Origin: Asterionella formosa
Lineage: Eukaryota
Assembly: GCA_002256025.1 (NCBI GenBank)
Contig: NKIB01008526.1
Span: forward strand, 1-64,000
DNA: 64,000 bases
Direction: 5' to 3'
Positions 35,482-48,600 of the stretch are shown in pieces (the first letter of the stretch is position 1; every line of letters begins with the position of its first letter). The notes under the pieces were generated by a model that did no database searches, was not told the origin of the DNA, and was given only the letters and a program-made list of their open reading frames with translations. A program made the position numbers and the translations under genes.

Positions 35482-37587
35482 TGAGCGATCTCCCTCAACT
35501 ACAGATATACCGACATACCTATAAGGTTAGGTTTACATAGATACATCAGAACTCTATCAGGAGAGAACTCGACTGACACCTTCTTGAATACTTTAGTGTC
35601 AACCTAGGAGATTGAGTTGCACAAAAGGATTAACTAATAAGCTCATAAATTCAACAAATACTAATACTTCTAGTTAGATACTTCACTTTGAATTCAAAAA
35701 AAGTCAAATTAGAATTAACAATGTTGATATATTCTCAAGTCCCAGTGGTCCCATTGATCCAGGATTTCAACCTACTAAACATTAAGAATAGCACTTTTCA
35801 TTCATTCATTCATTCATTCATATCATTTCGACATCTTGAGTCTTCCAAGCAAGCAAGATGAGATTCATGGAAGTTACATGGAAGCTTTGTTGATTACTGT
35901 GAGTTTATTCCATGACATTGCTTGCCTAACCCCTCCAGCAAGAAATACCTTCTTTCTACTCCAAACGTGCCTTTACAGAAATCGCCTTGTCCGAGTGGAT
36001 GAACATTGAAGTAATCCCAGATGATCAGCCCGATAACAATTTTTATGATGCCATGATGATATGGTTGGAAGAGCAACCTTCTTCTTTTTCAGGATAGCTT
36101 CTTTCAGTGCTGTCAGCATCAGTGGATGCTCTGCTACATTACAAAAACCATTCAGCATTTTTTATGGAACCTCGGAAAATGTCTCAAGACCAGGAATAAA
36201 ATTTTCAAGCTCATGTATCATCCAGACGATCAAGAGACTTTGACAAAGGATAATTTGATAGTGATTACAGTTTGCTCTACGCTCGATGTGTGGCAACAAC
36301 AGTTTGAATTGTAAAAAGAAAGCAACACAGACCAATCGATTTGCTTGGTTTCGACTTACTTTGAGAGTCAATAATGATTCTAAGATAGTCTCAAGCACAT
36401 CCCCAAGCATGGATTCTTCCATGATACAAGAGTGCTGAAGGCAAGCAATCATGTGATGCATCAAGAAACCAAGCGGGACTGGTGTCAATTTTTAACACGA
36501 AATTGTCGTTACATGGTTGAAGTTGAAGGCAATCATGTGATGCATCAAGAAACCAAGTGGGACCGGTGTCAATTTTTTAACACGAAGTTGTCGTTATATA
36601 GTTGAAGGCAACCATATAATGAATCAAGATACCAAGCATGTCTAGTGTCAATATTTAACAAAGATTGTCTTCGCATTGCTGAAGTCAATTGTATAATGTG
36701 TCAAGAAAACAAGTGTATGAATAAATAAAAAATTGTACACAATATTTTTACACGAAGCGGTTGTGACAGTGCACATGCAATCATGATTGCAGCCAGCCAG
36801 CCATGCATGCAGTTGTGAACCAACGGCTAAACATAAGGCCCCTCAAGTTATCTTATTACTAACACTACTTACACTGCTAACCCACTTACTGTCCCTCTTG
36901 CGTGGAAATTCTAGGCAAAGCAAATTATCATACTGACATGACTAACCCTATTCATGTTTTCTGCCTTGGATACATTTGTCTTCTACAAGCAAATCCATGG
37001 GTTAACCCTATGACGATGTCTGGTTAGGGTACTGTGCCAAGGGCCATACTTGCCGACTTTTATGAATCTGCCCAGGAAATTTTAGTGGTTATGAATCCTC
37101 TTGTTGGTCAGCTAGTGGCCTATGGCCTAACAAAAACCAGCCGAATGCTGAACAGTTTGCACATGTGCAACAATAGCAATGCTATTATTATATATACATG
37201 ACGACACTTTGAATGTGTCTCATGTCGGTCCTCACCTGGATATTATTTGTTATTTACAGGATAATTACGGTCTGGATACCGCCCTTTTTCCGTAATGTGG
37301 GATCTTCCAATTGCATAGCAGGATTCATGTATCCCATGCATGATTTAACTGAACTATACCTACTACTGAACGAATAAATATTCGTCATATCAAACCTTTT
37401 CAAAGGTGAAAGGTTTTCCTTGGTGTAGGAGAGTGAGCGATCTCGCTCAAATACAGATATACCTATAGATAAGGTTAGGTTTACATAGATAAATCAGAAC
37501 TCTATAAGGAGAGAACTCGACTAACACCTTCTTGAATACTTTAGTGTCAACCTAGAAGATCGAGTTGCACACAAGGAATAACTAATA
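35482..37587 (+). mobile_element. Internally deleted LTR retroelement (gypsy-like remnant); LTRs 35482-35639 and 37434-37587
   Basis: ~155-bp direct repeats starting TGAGCGATCTC. Purine-rich GTAGGAGAG precedes the right copy. QRLNIRPL near 36825 resembles gypsy integrase C-termini. No clear TSD. Confidence 0.6.
36437..36715 (+). repeat. Degenerating ~80-bp tandem repeat (3-4 units)
   Basis: AATCATGTGATGCATCAAGAAACCAAG...GTGTCAATTTTTAACAC recurs with progressive divergence. Confidence 0.75.
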
Positions 37588-37697
37588 TGTGAATCTTTTG
37601 GAGATTCATTGTTATGTTTTCTGCTTGTCAAGAACTTTTGGACCTTGCTATTAAAAGAAATATGTCAATTAAATTTTATAGCATGTTAAAGCTATCC

Positions 37698-37986
37698 AAT
37701 AATCGCACTCAGGCCCAAATAAATGGACACAATCAGAACCGATTTTATTCGTCTGCACGGTACAATGGGACCTGTCTTTTCGTCGTTCAGGAATCGAACC
37801 AATCGCACTCAGGCCCAAATAAATGGACACAATGAGAACCAGTTTTATTCGTCTGCACCGTAAATGTGACCTGTCTTTTCGTCGTCCGCATCCCCCGTAA
37901 CTCTAGGGACTACAAAAAAGCCAGGTGGAGAATGCAGGAATCGAACCAGCCACCGCAGAAGGTGTGCAAACCAATATGCCATTCCC
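37698..37986 (-). mobile_element. tRNA-derived SINE, family B, with a duplicated ~100-bp tail
   Basis: Head GGGAATGGC...GGTTCGATTCCTGCATTCTCCA matches 55856-55917. The tail unit AATCGCACTCAGGCCC... occurs at 37701 and 37801. Confidence 0.6.
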
Positions 37987-40917
37987 CTCTTGGGCCTTGC
38001 TATTGTTCATAGTATCAATCGCTGACCTCTTCTTTCTTTGAAATGTACTGTCTGATCCCTTTGGTGGCAATGTCGATCATTGATGCCTACTAATACGATG
38101 ATCTAAAAAAAGCGACTCTGTATACAATTGAAATGCAGCCTTAGCTATCATAATATAGTTTACATGATGATAGTATCAGTTCTGATCTGAAAGTACAATC
38201 TGTACTCAATAATGTATGATACTTACATCCTTTACATGTGATCTAAATATGTTGATCATTTGTTGATTTAAGTTGAAAATAACAAGATCGAAAATAGGAC
38301 AATCTATTATTGAATGGAGGATGAAATGTTCATAAGCATGGGATATTCTGTTTCCAGCTCTACTATTAACCCGTATGGTATTACCGTGATTTTGTGTAGA
38401 TTTAAATACCAGTACGAAATATGCAGTAGGCCGCAACTCATTGGGAGTCTGCTTATCATGTACCTGTAAATACGGTCAAATTACTATATGAATTATACGA
38501 TATGTACAATGTGTTATGACTCCTGCAAAGTGGGGGGCTTAAATTATTCGCTAACATTCTTGATAGAAAAAATGTTGATTCAAACAAATTTCAAAAACAG
38601 TAGATGAAGTCGTGGAAAACAATAAACTCATAATGCACTTTTTTATATATTCGAATTCTGCATCAGTTATATTGATGACATAGTGTGTAGTGATGCGCCA
38701 TATTAAGAGTGTCTCCTATTTATGCCAATGTACAAGTAGGAATATATTTATTTGTTTACAAAACTTTCTACATATTCACTATCCACATGCTCATGTTGCC
38801 TGTTGTTAACTATTCTCGTCAATGGATCGATTCACAACTGTTAAAACATAACTAATACATGTGTGTTGCTTCCTTCAGCAGGGCAATATTAAACAAAAAG
38901 TATTTGTAAGTTATTGACAACGTTAGTGGGTGTGCGTGACTATTGACGATTACTTATTCAAAAATCGACTGACACATGGCATGGTTTTACAGAAATATGC
39001 ATTTGATTTGTGGTAAGTGAAGATAGAATGGAATTGATTGTTATGGTTTTAACACAACATGACTAATGATTACTTCCTTTCAATTGCTAGGATGATTACA
39101 TAGGGTAAAACCAACGAATTAATGGAATAGCTGCAACTTCAGAGTCAGAGAAACAGCAGGGAATGAAGCAGTACTTGACACGAGATTGAGAATAGAATAA
39201 GAAGGGGAAAATATATCAAGCAATACCTGACACAAGATTCAAAATAGGAGAAGAAGGGTGAGACAGGACCAAGCAGTGAGCTGGCAAGAAAGCGGAACAG
39301 TGTATTGCAACTAACAAAGTAAGATTGGTCAACTTACTTTAAACCATGATATTGATTAGAATTATGATAATGTTAAGATTGCTAAATGATAAAAGAATGC
39401 ACATGATATGATAAGATTTAGCAATTCTTATGGTGACTTCTTGACACTATTAACATCTGTTGATCACGTGAACTTCAAATGTCAAGAGATCCTCAACTGG
39501 ACGGAAAAATGTGGACGATTTTTCCCACAGACTTGAAATGCCGGGTTAATGCTAGTCTAAGTAGTCCACTCCGGTAATGTAGATACCGGTATGCTGCAGA
39601 TAATACATAACACATCAACGTGCAATACCGCCCATGTATGCGCAAATACCATGCTCGTATGGCACCTACAATTCCATCAGGTGCGTATACAGTACCTGGT
39701 ATCTGGTACCAGGTACTATGTAGTGCAATCATCATATGGCATTGTGTGTACTAGTACTGGTAATACTGGTAGCTTATTGTAGCATGCCTAGCTTTCAGCG
39801 TAAACAGCTAGCAAACTATAGCAATGACTAAACTGGGAGGCACAAATCAAGTGATGTGGCAGTACATATATAGTAGCATTCTATTAATTGAATGCACATA
39901 TTGAAGGGTACTAGCTAGCTAGCACAGCAATATGTGCAGATGTACAAGAATATGATGGTTATTCTTCAAATATATAGATAGAAAGTGAATGAACCTTTAG
40001 ACTTCTTGCAAGTTTGCTGATGCTTCACCACCTTGCAAAGTCATGGCAACAACCATCATTTGATCTCAATCAATTAGGGAATATGATTGCAGTACTAGAA
40101 GTTACCACAACTGGCTGTTTACAAACTTTCTCTCAGTTTGCATTTATCTCCTAGAAGTAGTGCTGTTCCACTCTTCATCCCTTGAGCAGTCACAGGTGAA
40201 ATACCAAGGCAGCCCTCACATTGCTCAACAAGAGCAACATGGACATTTTCTCTTTTAATTAAAGATTGCAGTAATCCCCCACCTCTCGTGAAAATCTGGA
40301 GCATCTAAGATGACGGAAATGATTACCGGGTATATCAGTGTTTAGTCATACTTATCGATCGAACAAAGTGAAATAGAGGTTCAAGGCAGTTTTTAGGTGG
40401 TACCTTGTACCAGGTACCAGTACTTAGCAGGAGTACCCGCTACTAGACATTCGTAGTGAAACTATTATTTATGTAGGCCTACAGTGGTACAAAACTGAAC
40501 GCTCTTTCTACACATTTCTGTGTTGAAAATCATCCAGATTTTTCCGGAAAGCAGGGGCCGAAAAAATGAATCACGGCGGAAGCAAGCAAAAACCGCTGCT
40601 GACAGAACTGGCCGTTAGGAAAATGTGGACGTAATCCAACACAGATTTACGTACAGAAACTACATATGTTCGACATTTTTCTGTACTTCATATATGTACA
40701 TGCAAAAAAAAGGCTTTTGTTCATAGTAAATATCGTTTTATCACTACAATTGAAAGGTTTTTAGCAGTCTATATAATACGAGATTTCCTTGTTAACTGTG
40801 AAGGTAGACTTAGTCGAAGCATTTCATAGAGGCCTTCAACAGTTTTCTACTGGTACCACAACCAGTCGACTTACCCATCTACCACAGCCAACCTCAAAAT
40901 TATCCTTGGCATATACA

Positions 40918-41069
40918 ATTCCCCAAGCTTTTCAAATATTCATTTTCTGTGAGATCATGATGGAAATACAGAGCAAAAATTTTGTCGACCATTTCCCAAG
41001 CTTTTGAAATATTCATTTTCTGTGAGATCTTGATGGAAATACAGAGCAAAAATTTTGTCGACCATTTCC
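40918..41069 (+). repeat. ~73-bp tandem duplication
   Basis: CCCAAGCTTTT.AAATATTCATTTTCTGTGAGATC...GTCGACCATTTCC occurs twice. Confidence 0.85.
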
Positions 41070-41309
41070 TAACCCAATCCTCGTTCATTTCTTTTTCTTG
41101 TTTTTCGTCTATCGCTCCCTATTTGAAATACGGTGGTATCTCTATTCTACTTAAGTAGCCTACCGGTACGTACGTATGGTAATCTGGTTCCTGGTACTAA
41201 GAACAACCATGCATGGTTTAAGCTATACTTAGACCGCCTCTTTCTTTGTTGATTTTGTCAATTCCTCAACGTTCGGCTTTCCTGATCCTAACCATCAAAG
41301 CACCGCAAA

Positions 41310-42617
41310 ATGGAAGCAGATGGTAATGATGGTCCGAGATGTGAAGAATCTGAAAATTTATTGACGGCATTATCCTTGGCAGTGTCCCTTGCCCCTCCGC
41401 GAGCGCCACCATTTGATTCGGCTCAACGGGCCTTGCTTTTGGGAATGGATCCTTCCATGTTGCCCTTAAACAGTCACTTTCGAGAGATAGCAACAAAGCA
41501 GAATAGACGAAAATCGCTTGAAAATCTGAGAAATGCACACATAACTTGTCCTAATCGAGCACCTCATCCACACTTGCCGTCCAAGACTGACCAAGGACTG
41601 ACTCGCTTTCTGGGCAACGGACTGCCGACATCATGGTTAAACAATCTTCGAGACTCTGGTGGATTTCGAGCTATTGCCGATGGAATTGTGACAGCATCTA
41701 TCCCGTCCCTAGGCATCATGAGTCCTTCGGCAGCCATTCAGTTTTTCAAATTGACATCACAATGCCGTCGCATTAACTACGGGCCACATCCAAAGCATGT
41801 TGTCGACATGTTCCTTCCAAGTCAAAATGAACCCAAAGGTTTGGTATTTTTTGTTCACGGTGGAGCTTGGGGGAGTGGTCTTCCTTGGATGTATCGATTG
41901 ACATCCTTGCCCTTCCTAGAAATTGGGCTTGCCGTTGCTGTCGTTGGATACCGCGTGTATCCCGAGACGGACGTAGAAGGTCAAGTTTCCGACTTAGAGT
42001 TGGCGGCTTGCGAAATAGAACGTAGATTTCCTCATCTTTACAAGTCTAGCGAATTTGGAATAATCGTTATCGGGCATTCTTCTGGAGCACATATTGCACT
42101 GAATTGGATTATCGACCGGGCAAGCCTGATCAAGAATGGTAATACTCAACTCCCTATAGCATGTTCAACCTTCATTGGCATATCGGGACCATATGATATA
42201 TCCCATCACTTTGACTACGAGGCTGCCCGTGGAGTTGAAGAGCTTTCGCCCATGAAAGCAGCATGTGGATTTTCCAGAGATGCGTTTCGAGACAATTCTC
42301 CGGCATTCAGACTTCTGTCGTTGCTAATTTCGATCAATGAATCCCAAGAGGATCTGAATGAATTACTCCCAAAAATTCTGCTCGTGCACGGAATCGAAGA
42401 TGGAACTGTGCCCTTCACTGCTACAGCGGAAGCAGCTAGAATTATTAAAGCATGCGGTGTTAGCAGGTGTAGCGAACTTTACTTGACCAAAACAGGGCAC
42501 GAGCAAGCTGTCATGGAACTCATGCTTGGAGGAAAAACACGCGATCAGATTTTGAAATGGCTACTGCATGGAAACACGTATTCAGCTGGTAAAGTTAAGA
42601 AAGGAAGTAGATTATGA
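41310..42617 (+). CDS. Alpha/beta hydrolase, isoprenylcysteine methylesterase (ICME)-like
   Basis: HGGAW oxyanion motif, GHSSG nucleophile elbow, HGIEDGTVP (Asp) and GHE (His). Confidence 0.85.
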   Translation: MEADGNDGPRCEESENLLTALSLAVSLAPPRAPPFDSAQRALLLGMDPSMLPLNSHFREIATKQNRRKSLENLRNAHITCPNRAPHPHLPSKTDQGLTRFLGNGLPTSWLNNLRDSGGFRAIADGIVTASIPSLGIMSPSAAIQFFKLTSQCRRINYGPHPKHVVDMFLPSQNEPKGLVFFVHGGAWGSGLPWMYRLTSLPFLEIGLAVAVVGYRVYPETDVEGQVSDLELAACEIERRFPHLYKSSEFGIIVIGHSSGAHIALNWIIDRASLIKNGNTQLPIACSTFIGISGPYDISHHFDYEAARGVEELSPMKAACGFSRDAFRDNSPAFRLLSLLISINESQEDLNELLPKILLVHGIEDGTVPFTATAEAARIIKACGVSRCSELYLTKTGHEQAVMELMLGGKTRDQILKWLLHGNTYSAGKVKKGSRL

Positions 42618-42803
42618 GCTTGTTTCAAGTGTCCATTGTTTTAGCTCATCGTTGTATCAAAGTTCGTCGAGAGAGTCGACCTTACCCCTTGGAAACGAAG
42701 TCAATCTGCCAACATCTCGTACGTAGACAATACAGAGTTTATAACCTAGGCTGTCGTCGACTCGCCAACCCGGTTCTAGGAATTAGAAATAATAAATCAA
42801 TGA

Positions 42804-45075
42804 TTAAATATTTGGAGATAAACTGGAAAGATTCGCAAATGCACCGATATTGTTGGTAGAATCAGCCTCGTCCATTCTCTTCTGTTGAAGGTACTTATCA
42901 GCATTTTCGGCGACACCTCGACCTTCATTGATGGCCCAAACTACCAAACTCTGCCCGCGTCGACAATCTCCGGCAGCGAAGACACCTTCGACACTGGTAC
43001 GGAAGTCCCCATACGAAGCTTGAATATTGTTTCTTTGGTCAACATCTAGACCGAGATCATTGATGATATAATCTTCTGGTGAAACGAAACCCATTGAGAG
43101 CACAACCAAATCAGCAGGCCATTCCTTTTCTGAACCTTCAATAGCCTTCGGACCTTGAGTTGTGATTTCAACATCTTGTGTGATCAAGCCCTTCACATTT
43201 CCTTCAGCATCACCAACAAATTCCTTCGTCATGACAGAATAAACCCGTGGATCGTGTCCGAAGACTGCTTGGACTTCGGCGTGGCCATAGTCAACACCGA
43301 AGACACGTGGCCACTGCGGCCATGGGTTGTCAGTGGCACGCTCTGCTGGTGGCTGAGGCATGAGCTCAAAGTTTGTCACAGACTTGCATCGGTGACGCAT
43401 GGATGTTCCAATACAGTCGGTGCCGGTGTCTCCACCACCAATCACAATAACGTCCTTTCCAGCGGCTGTAATGAAGGTACTCTTTTCATATTGGGATTCC
43501 AATGTTCCTTCCTTTGTCATTAGCAAACGCTTTTGATTCTTGGTCAAGAATTCCTGTCAACGTGAACGGGTTAGCGAAAAACTCATAGGCCACATCTTCA
43601 ATAACGTGGATATGTTCAAAATGACTTACCATGGCAAAGTGGACTCCCTTTAAATCACGCCCAGGAACAGGAAGATCACGAGGCTTTGTGGATCCAAGAC
43701 AAAGACACAGAGCATCGTAGTTGGCACGAAGCTCATTAACGTCAACGTTTTTTCCAATATCTGCGTTCGTAATAAACTCAATACCCTCTTCACGAAGAAG
43801 GTTGACACGGCGATCCACTGTCTCCTTCTCGAGCTTCATGTTTGGAATTCCATACATCAACAAGCCGCCAATGCGGTCAGCCCGTTCGTAAACGGTGACT
43901 TTGTGCCCCATCTGGTTTAGCTGGTCTGCTGCTGCAAGTCCAGAAGGTCCCGAACCCACGACAGCAACAGTCATGCCTGTGCGCTCCGTTGGAATCCGAG
44001 GAGTGATGAGACCATCACGCCAAGCCCTGTCCACAATAGCGTATTCGATGTTCTTGATGGTAACAGGGCTATCGACAAGTCCTGCCACGCATGATCCTTC
44101 ACAAGGGGCAGGGCAGACACGTCCAGTAAATTCAGGAAAGTTGTTGGTCTTGTGCAGTCGCTCAATGGCCTCACCCCAGCGGTCGTTATAGACAAGGTTG
44201 TTCCACTCTGGAATAAGATTATTGACGGGGCATCCCGTGTGAGTTTGGCAAAAGGGCGTTCCACAATCCATGCAACGAGCAGCCTGAACCTTTCGCTCAA
44301 CTGGAGTATGTTCCAATTCATGACCTTCCGGAGGATTCAATTCACCCCAATCCATGAGACGTTCCAAAGGCTTTCTGTAAGGCTCAGGATTGCGTTCGTA
44401 GCTCAAGAAGCCACGGAGCTTTTCAATGGTCTCGTAAGTTCCATCTCGTCGCTTGACTCTGAAGCACAGAAATGAGGGAAAAGGGACAGTTAGTCCAGTT
44501 CAAGTGCGACAGCTAACGCACAAAATCGTTCCGAAGCGAGAGAAATCGTGGGCGTCGTGCACATTTTCATGAGGAGTTGTTCTGCGCAATTCAACTGCTG
44601 ACTGCAGTATGGGGGCATTCTGCTTCAATTGAGTAAAAAGGGCACAAGCTAAATGGAGAAACCTTTTTCTGGGAAATTTTAACTAGTGACGTCAACCCGT
44701 ATACTCAATACTAACAATTACCGGTACCTCAGACCGACTGAAAACGATTTGATTTGTGCCTCTATAGAAGTAGAACCGACATGATGAATGCAGAGAGGAA
44801 GGCCGAATGGCTCATCCAGAAAATGTCCCCAGCTCACCTCCCGCGTAAACATTATCGAGACGAGCAAGTACCAACGAAGTGCTATCAATGAAAACGAAAA
44901 AAACTCACTTGGGCGCGTTGTCGTGATCGTTAATGTCTTCACGCCAGATCTCATGGCGCCCATCATCGCCGACAGGACCACCCTTGCCCTTCTCTACGGA
45001 TGTGCCTTGAGCACGAACCGCTTGGAGACAAATTCGGGACGAATACAGCCGGCGGCGGACAACAGAAGTCAACAT
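42804..45075 (-). CDS. gltD: NAD(P)H-glutamate synthase small (beta) subunit with predicted mitochondrial presequence; exons 45075-44909, 44458-43630, 43553-42804
   Basis: [49 protein letters not shown] and [16 protein letters not shown] motifs. Both introns are GT-AG and in phase. Exon 1 ([14 protein letters not shown]...) is inferred from splice phase and is less certain than exons 2-3. Confidence 0.9.
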
Positions 45076-45620
45076 TCCCTCGAGGTACAACGTTATGAAG
45101 AACAGAACACCTCCTCAAGTGCATATTGGATTGTTGTGGCAGGGAAAGTACCATGTACCGTACCTGGTTATCTGCTATATACCAGGAGTGTAGGTAAAGC
45201 AACCCTATTAATATTCTACGTACGGGTGGGTACCTGGTACCAGGTACCAGGTTCTCGGAATACCAGGTACCAGTACCTGGAGTTGGTACCAGGTACCAAG
45301 TAACCAGGTACACCTTACGCATACGTATTCACAGAAGGGTGGGGCACTACTTGGTGTTTATGGTAACCAGGTCGTACCATGGTACCAGATGTATCGTATC
45401 AGGTCCCTGGTAGGAGTAGTCAACAGGACCGGCGGTACATATCATGTCGCAAAGTTGTGTATTTTCCATAAACGCAAATACCGGTAGGCGGTAGTACACG
45501 AAGTACCTGGTACGCGGAGTACTGGTACATGTATCTGTTTGATGTTACATACAGAACATGGACCTGTTAATTGGTACGTACGTACCTCGTATCAGATTGA
45601 CTACCGGCACCAACATCTAT

Positions 45621-48600
45621 TGTATATCTGCATATGATGCTCCATACATGCGCCGTGCGAACCATACCGGCGCAGCCACCAGATTAGGTACATGCGTGAG
45701 TGCTAACAATGATGTACTCGAAACAGCAATAGAATAGTCATAATATTGTAGTTCACCTTAATTCACAACAAGGTTCCCCTCAACAGAACTACAATATCTG
45801 TTCTCTCTCCCTTGTCTGCATCTGTGACGTTGCGGCTCTTGTCGGCGGTGCACACCAGCACTGTTCTCAACAATCAACCATACAGCACCGCTTGCCCATT
45901 CGCTTTCCCTGTCTCTTGGGCCTTCTTCCACCATGATGACTACAATCGTTTCCGCTGTTTTCCCATTCCCTCATCCGCTCTTGACGCCGATCGAGGGCAA
46001 ACCTACAGCCCTCACTGTAACCCGCCTTTGCAAGGAACTCTTTGCCAATGCTCGCTCTGTCCACTGTACCAGTGGTGGTGGTGCCAATGGTTTCCTTGGT
46101 ATTGTCATGGCTGCTGCTCCTTATCATTTATGTGCTGGTCAACCCTTTTTACCGCCTGAACATCCCGGCACCCAGCCGCCACACAGTGCTACTGCAACAC
46201 AGTCCCAAATCACTGCTGCCAACTGTCTCTTTGAAACCTCCCTTGACGCATTCCGCCGTTACTCCCAAATCCGTGAAATTCTCCGACAGCAAATTCTAAC
46301 AGCCATTGACCCAACTTACTGCAACGTTCTGGAAGATGCTACATTTGGATATGCAGACATCACTGTTCTGACCTTGCTTGCTCACTTAGAATCTACATAT
46401 GCAACGTTGAGTGCAGATGATTTAGAACTTAATCGCAGGTGCTTGGCTCATGCTTGGACACCAGAGGAACCTATTGAACATTTATGGATCCGCATCAAAC
46501 ATCTTCGTGCCATTGCCGATGCTGGTGGGGAACCTTTCTCTGACAGTACTGTCATGCGATTGACTCTTTCTGCTTTAGAACAGGATGGTGTATATTCTCA
46601 TAGCATTCAAACTTGGCGTGATTGCGCTGAGGTGGACTGTACATGGGTTAATTTTTGCCCGCATTTCATGCATGCTGATAAGGAACGATTGCGCCTTGCC
46701 ACTGCCACCACCGCCGGTTATCATGGTGCCCATGCTGCCATTCAAACCAGTGGCCCTCCCACATTGCCAGGTATTGCTGCAACTGCTCGTGCTGTCCCTC
46801 CTGGATACACTTACAACAATGTCCAATTAGGCTATTGTTGGACTCATGGTCTCACCAAAAACCATGACCATACCAGTGCAACTTGCAATCATCCAGCTTC
46901 TGGCCATCAACTCACTGCCACCCTTGATCGACGTATGGGTGGCAGCGTCCGTATTTTCAGTGATGGTACCCGTCCCACCCGGCCACCCCGTGTTTCACCG
47001 CCATCTTCACCACTTGCTTGATGTGGAGGGGAGCAAGTTGCTGTCGATAATACTATTAACACAAACTTATCTCCCATCACTTGTCCTCCGTCACACTCAT
47101 TGCTGATTCTGGCAGTTCTGGCAATTACGCCACTGTTGATTTACCTGCCATCAACAAACGACCTACCACCAACCCTATCACCATTCAACTTCCTAACGGC
47201 AACCATGTTAAATCTACACATGAGGCCGAATTATCTTTACCTATGCTATTACCCGCTGCTCGTCATGTACACATTTTCCCTGGTCTGCACAATTGCTCTT
47301 TATTGAGCATTGGACAACTATGTGACTCCAGCTACGAGCCACTCTTCACCAAACTGCACATGTCTGTCTTATCAATGGTCATTGCATCCTTCAGGGCCAT
47401 CGCTCCACCACTCGATTATGGCATGTCACCACTGCCACTATTGATCCACCATTGCCTACCCCTAACCACTATGCTGCTACCGCCATTGGCAGTCCCAATG
47501 CACCAGCCCTTGTTGCCTTTGCCCATGTGGCCCTCTTTTCTCCTGTTATCTCTACTTTGGAAAGCGCATTACTCCATGGGTATCTTGTCAATTTTCCATG
47601 TCTAACCTTAACTACACTACGCAAACATCCCCCTCATTCCATCGCAACCATCAAAGGCTACCTCGATCAAACACGTCAAAACGTACAATCCACACGTGTG
47701 CCTCCAACTATCATTGAGCCTGAACTTGCAACCATTCCTACCAATGTGCTGGGTGATGCTGATTTCCACCCTGAGGGTCTTGCAACCCCTACCCATATGT
47801 GTTTTGCGTCCATTATTGCACCCACAGACCAAATTTACACTGATCAAACCGGAAAATTCATCCTCCCCTACAGCACTGGAAACAACTACATTATGATTTT
47901 ATATGATTATGACAGCAACTACATTTTCGTTCAGCCCTTTCATAACCGAACCGCTTCATGCCTCCTTGCAGCATATAAAACATTACACCAACGCTTGTGC
48001 AAAGCTGGCCTACGTCCCAAACTTCAACGCCTCGACAACGAGTGTTCTACACTCCTCAAAGAGTTCTTGGACGCCGAAGCTATTGACTTTCAGTTGGTCC
48101 CGCCGGCTGTCCATCGTTGCAATGCTGCTGAACGTGCAATTCGCACCTTTCAAAACCATTTCATTGCCGGTCTATGCAGTGTCGACAAAAACTTTCCTCT
48201 CCACTTGTGGGACCAACTATTAGTTCAATCTGAACTTACTCTTAATCTCCTCCGTGGCTCACACCTCAACCCCAAACTGTCTGCTTGGGCACAGGTCAAT
48301 GGAACATATGATTACAACCGTGTCCCCCTTGCTCCACCTGGCTGTCGGGTCCTTGTTCATGCCAAGCCCCAACACCGCACAACATGGGCTCTGCATGCTC
48401 TTGATGGTTGGTATGTCGGCCCTGCTGTGGATTCCTATCACTGCTACCGCACACATCTGGATGTGGGACACACATTCAATCAGAATCTGCGATACTGTCT
48501 TGTGGTTTCCAACCAAAGTCCATCTACCCTGTAATTCATCCACGGACCTCATCACAACCAGTTTGCAGGACATTGCCTATGCCTTGTTACATCCCACCAC

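Noticed and set aside
44788..45322. 171-aa and 119-aa ORFs upstream of gltD
   Set aside because: They overlap the inferred gltD exon 1 and the GGTACC low-complexity tract.
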